Positions 54,060 through 55,086 of a stretch of 55,086 bases of DNA are shown piece by piece; positions within the stretch are counted from its first letter, which is position 1; each line of letters begins with the position of its first letter. The translations under genes were made by a program, and so were the position numbers. The stretch comes from Trichoplax sp. H2. Taxonomy: Eukaryota. Below the pieces are notes generated by a model that saw only the letters and a list, made by a program, of their open reading frames with translations, ran no database searches and had not been told where the DNA came from. The stretch spans positions 1-55,086 of the forward strand of contig NOWV01000308.1 in assembly GCA_003344405.1 (NCBI GenBank), read 5' to 3'.

Positions 54060-54630
54060 CTGATATTGTATAGTACAGTGTACAGTATTTCGAAAAGTCC
54101 ATGACTGTACACTGTAGAGTCTACAGTACAATCTGGAACAGAACGGAAATAAACACTGTACAGTACAGTGTACAGTATAGCACCTCAAATGATGTCACCC
54201 CTGGTAGCATCCTTTCTTTCAGTTTGTAAAACAGACTTTTCAATGGATTCAGAAACATAGAGTTAGTCAAGTCTATGTTCAGAAATCAGAGTACTGTCTA
54301 GGAGGTGTGGTACGTTCTTTTACAGTACATAGTCTATGGCTACAGTACAAATCATCGCGAAGGGGTGACATCATTTAAGATACAGACTGTACAGTGTACA
54401 TTGTATTGTACTGTACAGTCAGAAACTTCTAAAAAGGGGAATATTGAATACAGTACAGTATACAGTACAGTACTACTGCATACTGTACTGTACAGTAAAC
54501 CGTTACAAGTCTAGTACAGGCGAATTGTACGGTGTATAGTATATTGTATCGTAAAATAGGTACTGTACTGCGCTGTCATAGTCACAGTTAGACCTGACAC
54601 ACAATACTATACTGTAGTGTACACTGCAAC
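54060..54630. repeat. TACAG/CTGTA-rich low-complexity cluster
   Basis: Dense TACAGTA, TACTGTA and ACAGTGTAC motifs. A perfect 12-bp inverted repeat TACAGTACAGTA-N8-TACTGTACTGTA lies at 54461-54492. Confidence 0.85.
54173..54389. mobile_element. Probable MITE, Tc1/mariner-type, 217 bp
   Basis: TA|CAGT...ACTG|TA ends. A perfect 16-bp inverted repeat AAATGATGTCACCCCT (54187-54202) / AGGGGTGACATCATTT (54361-54376) lies within ~30 bp imperfect TIRs. Confidence 0.75.
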
Positions 54631-54718
54631 AGCAGAGGTAAAAGAAGAGAAAATCTCATTGATTTGTGCATGGAAAATCGTGATGGATTTGCTACTGTTT
54701 CTATCATTTTATTGACTA

Positions 54719-54767
54719 NNNNNNNNNNNNNNNNNNNNNNNNNNNNNNNNNNNNNNNNNNNNNNNNN
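54719..54767. other. Assembly gap (49 N)
   Basis: Run of N. Confidence 0.99.
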
Positions 54768-55086
54768 NTTTTTTCTTACTCTCCAATACAGTACTGCTTA
54801 CTTTACTGTAGACTTTCGATTTATCAAAGAATCTACGATAAGGAAGATTTTCCATAAAATGATAAAAAAAGAAATAACACTTCACTGTACTATAACTATC
54901 TGTATGCAGTTAGTCATACATTATGTTGCCAAGATACAATAATCGATATCAATTTGTAGTTAATAACAAACGTTTTTACTGTTCGCCATGATTAGATGAT
55001 ATTTTGATAAGTAATTGTAAACTACAACTATCCGCTTAGTCCTTATGTTTCAAAATTTACAACTGCTAGTTGGTTACATTTTAAAT
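54768..55086. repeat. Near-identical third copy of sequence from the inter-GPCR region
   Basis: Matches about 10399-10717 and about 11112-11429 almost base for base. Confidence 0.92.

Overview
AT-rich, intron-dense eukaryotic (animal) genomic DNA. The short introns, intronless GPCR duplicates and gene content suggest a compact early-branching metazoan such as a placozoan (Trichoplax-like); this is inference, not a database match. The left third (about 1-18200) is a roughly 10.8 kb tandem segmental duplication. Each copy carries an intronless class A orphan GPCR preceded by a degenerate ~78-80 bp satellite. Near-identical redundant sequence flanks two 20-N gaps and probably reflects uncollapsed haplotypes. 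Six multi-exon housekeeping genes were then reconstructed by hand from splice signals: HYI (+), ribonucleotide reductase small subunit (-, stop codon only 28 nt from that of HYI), RPF1 (+), two head-to-head AKR1A1-like aldo-keto reductases, and a ~52-exon DOCK6/7/8-type GEF (-). There are two TA-flanked Tc1/mariner-type MITEs and several minisatellites. The most notable observations are TACAGTA/TACTGTA clusters that match Tc1/mariner excision footprints, a complete U12-type signal set nested inside a U2 intron of HYI, a GPCR start codon fused to a satellite unit, an E2F site upstream of the RNR gene, three GC-AG introns and a 16-nt microexon. No CRISPR array, tRNA or rRNA gene was seen. Exon coordinates are manual and may be off by a few bases.
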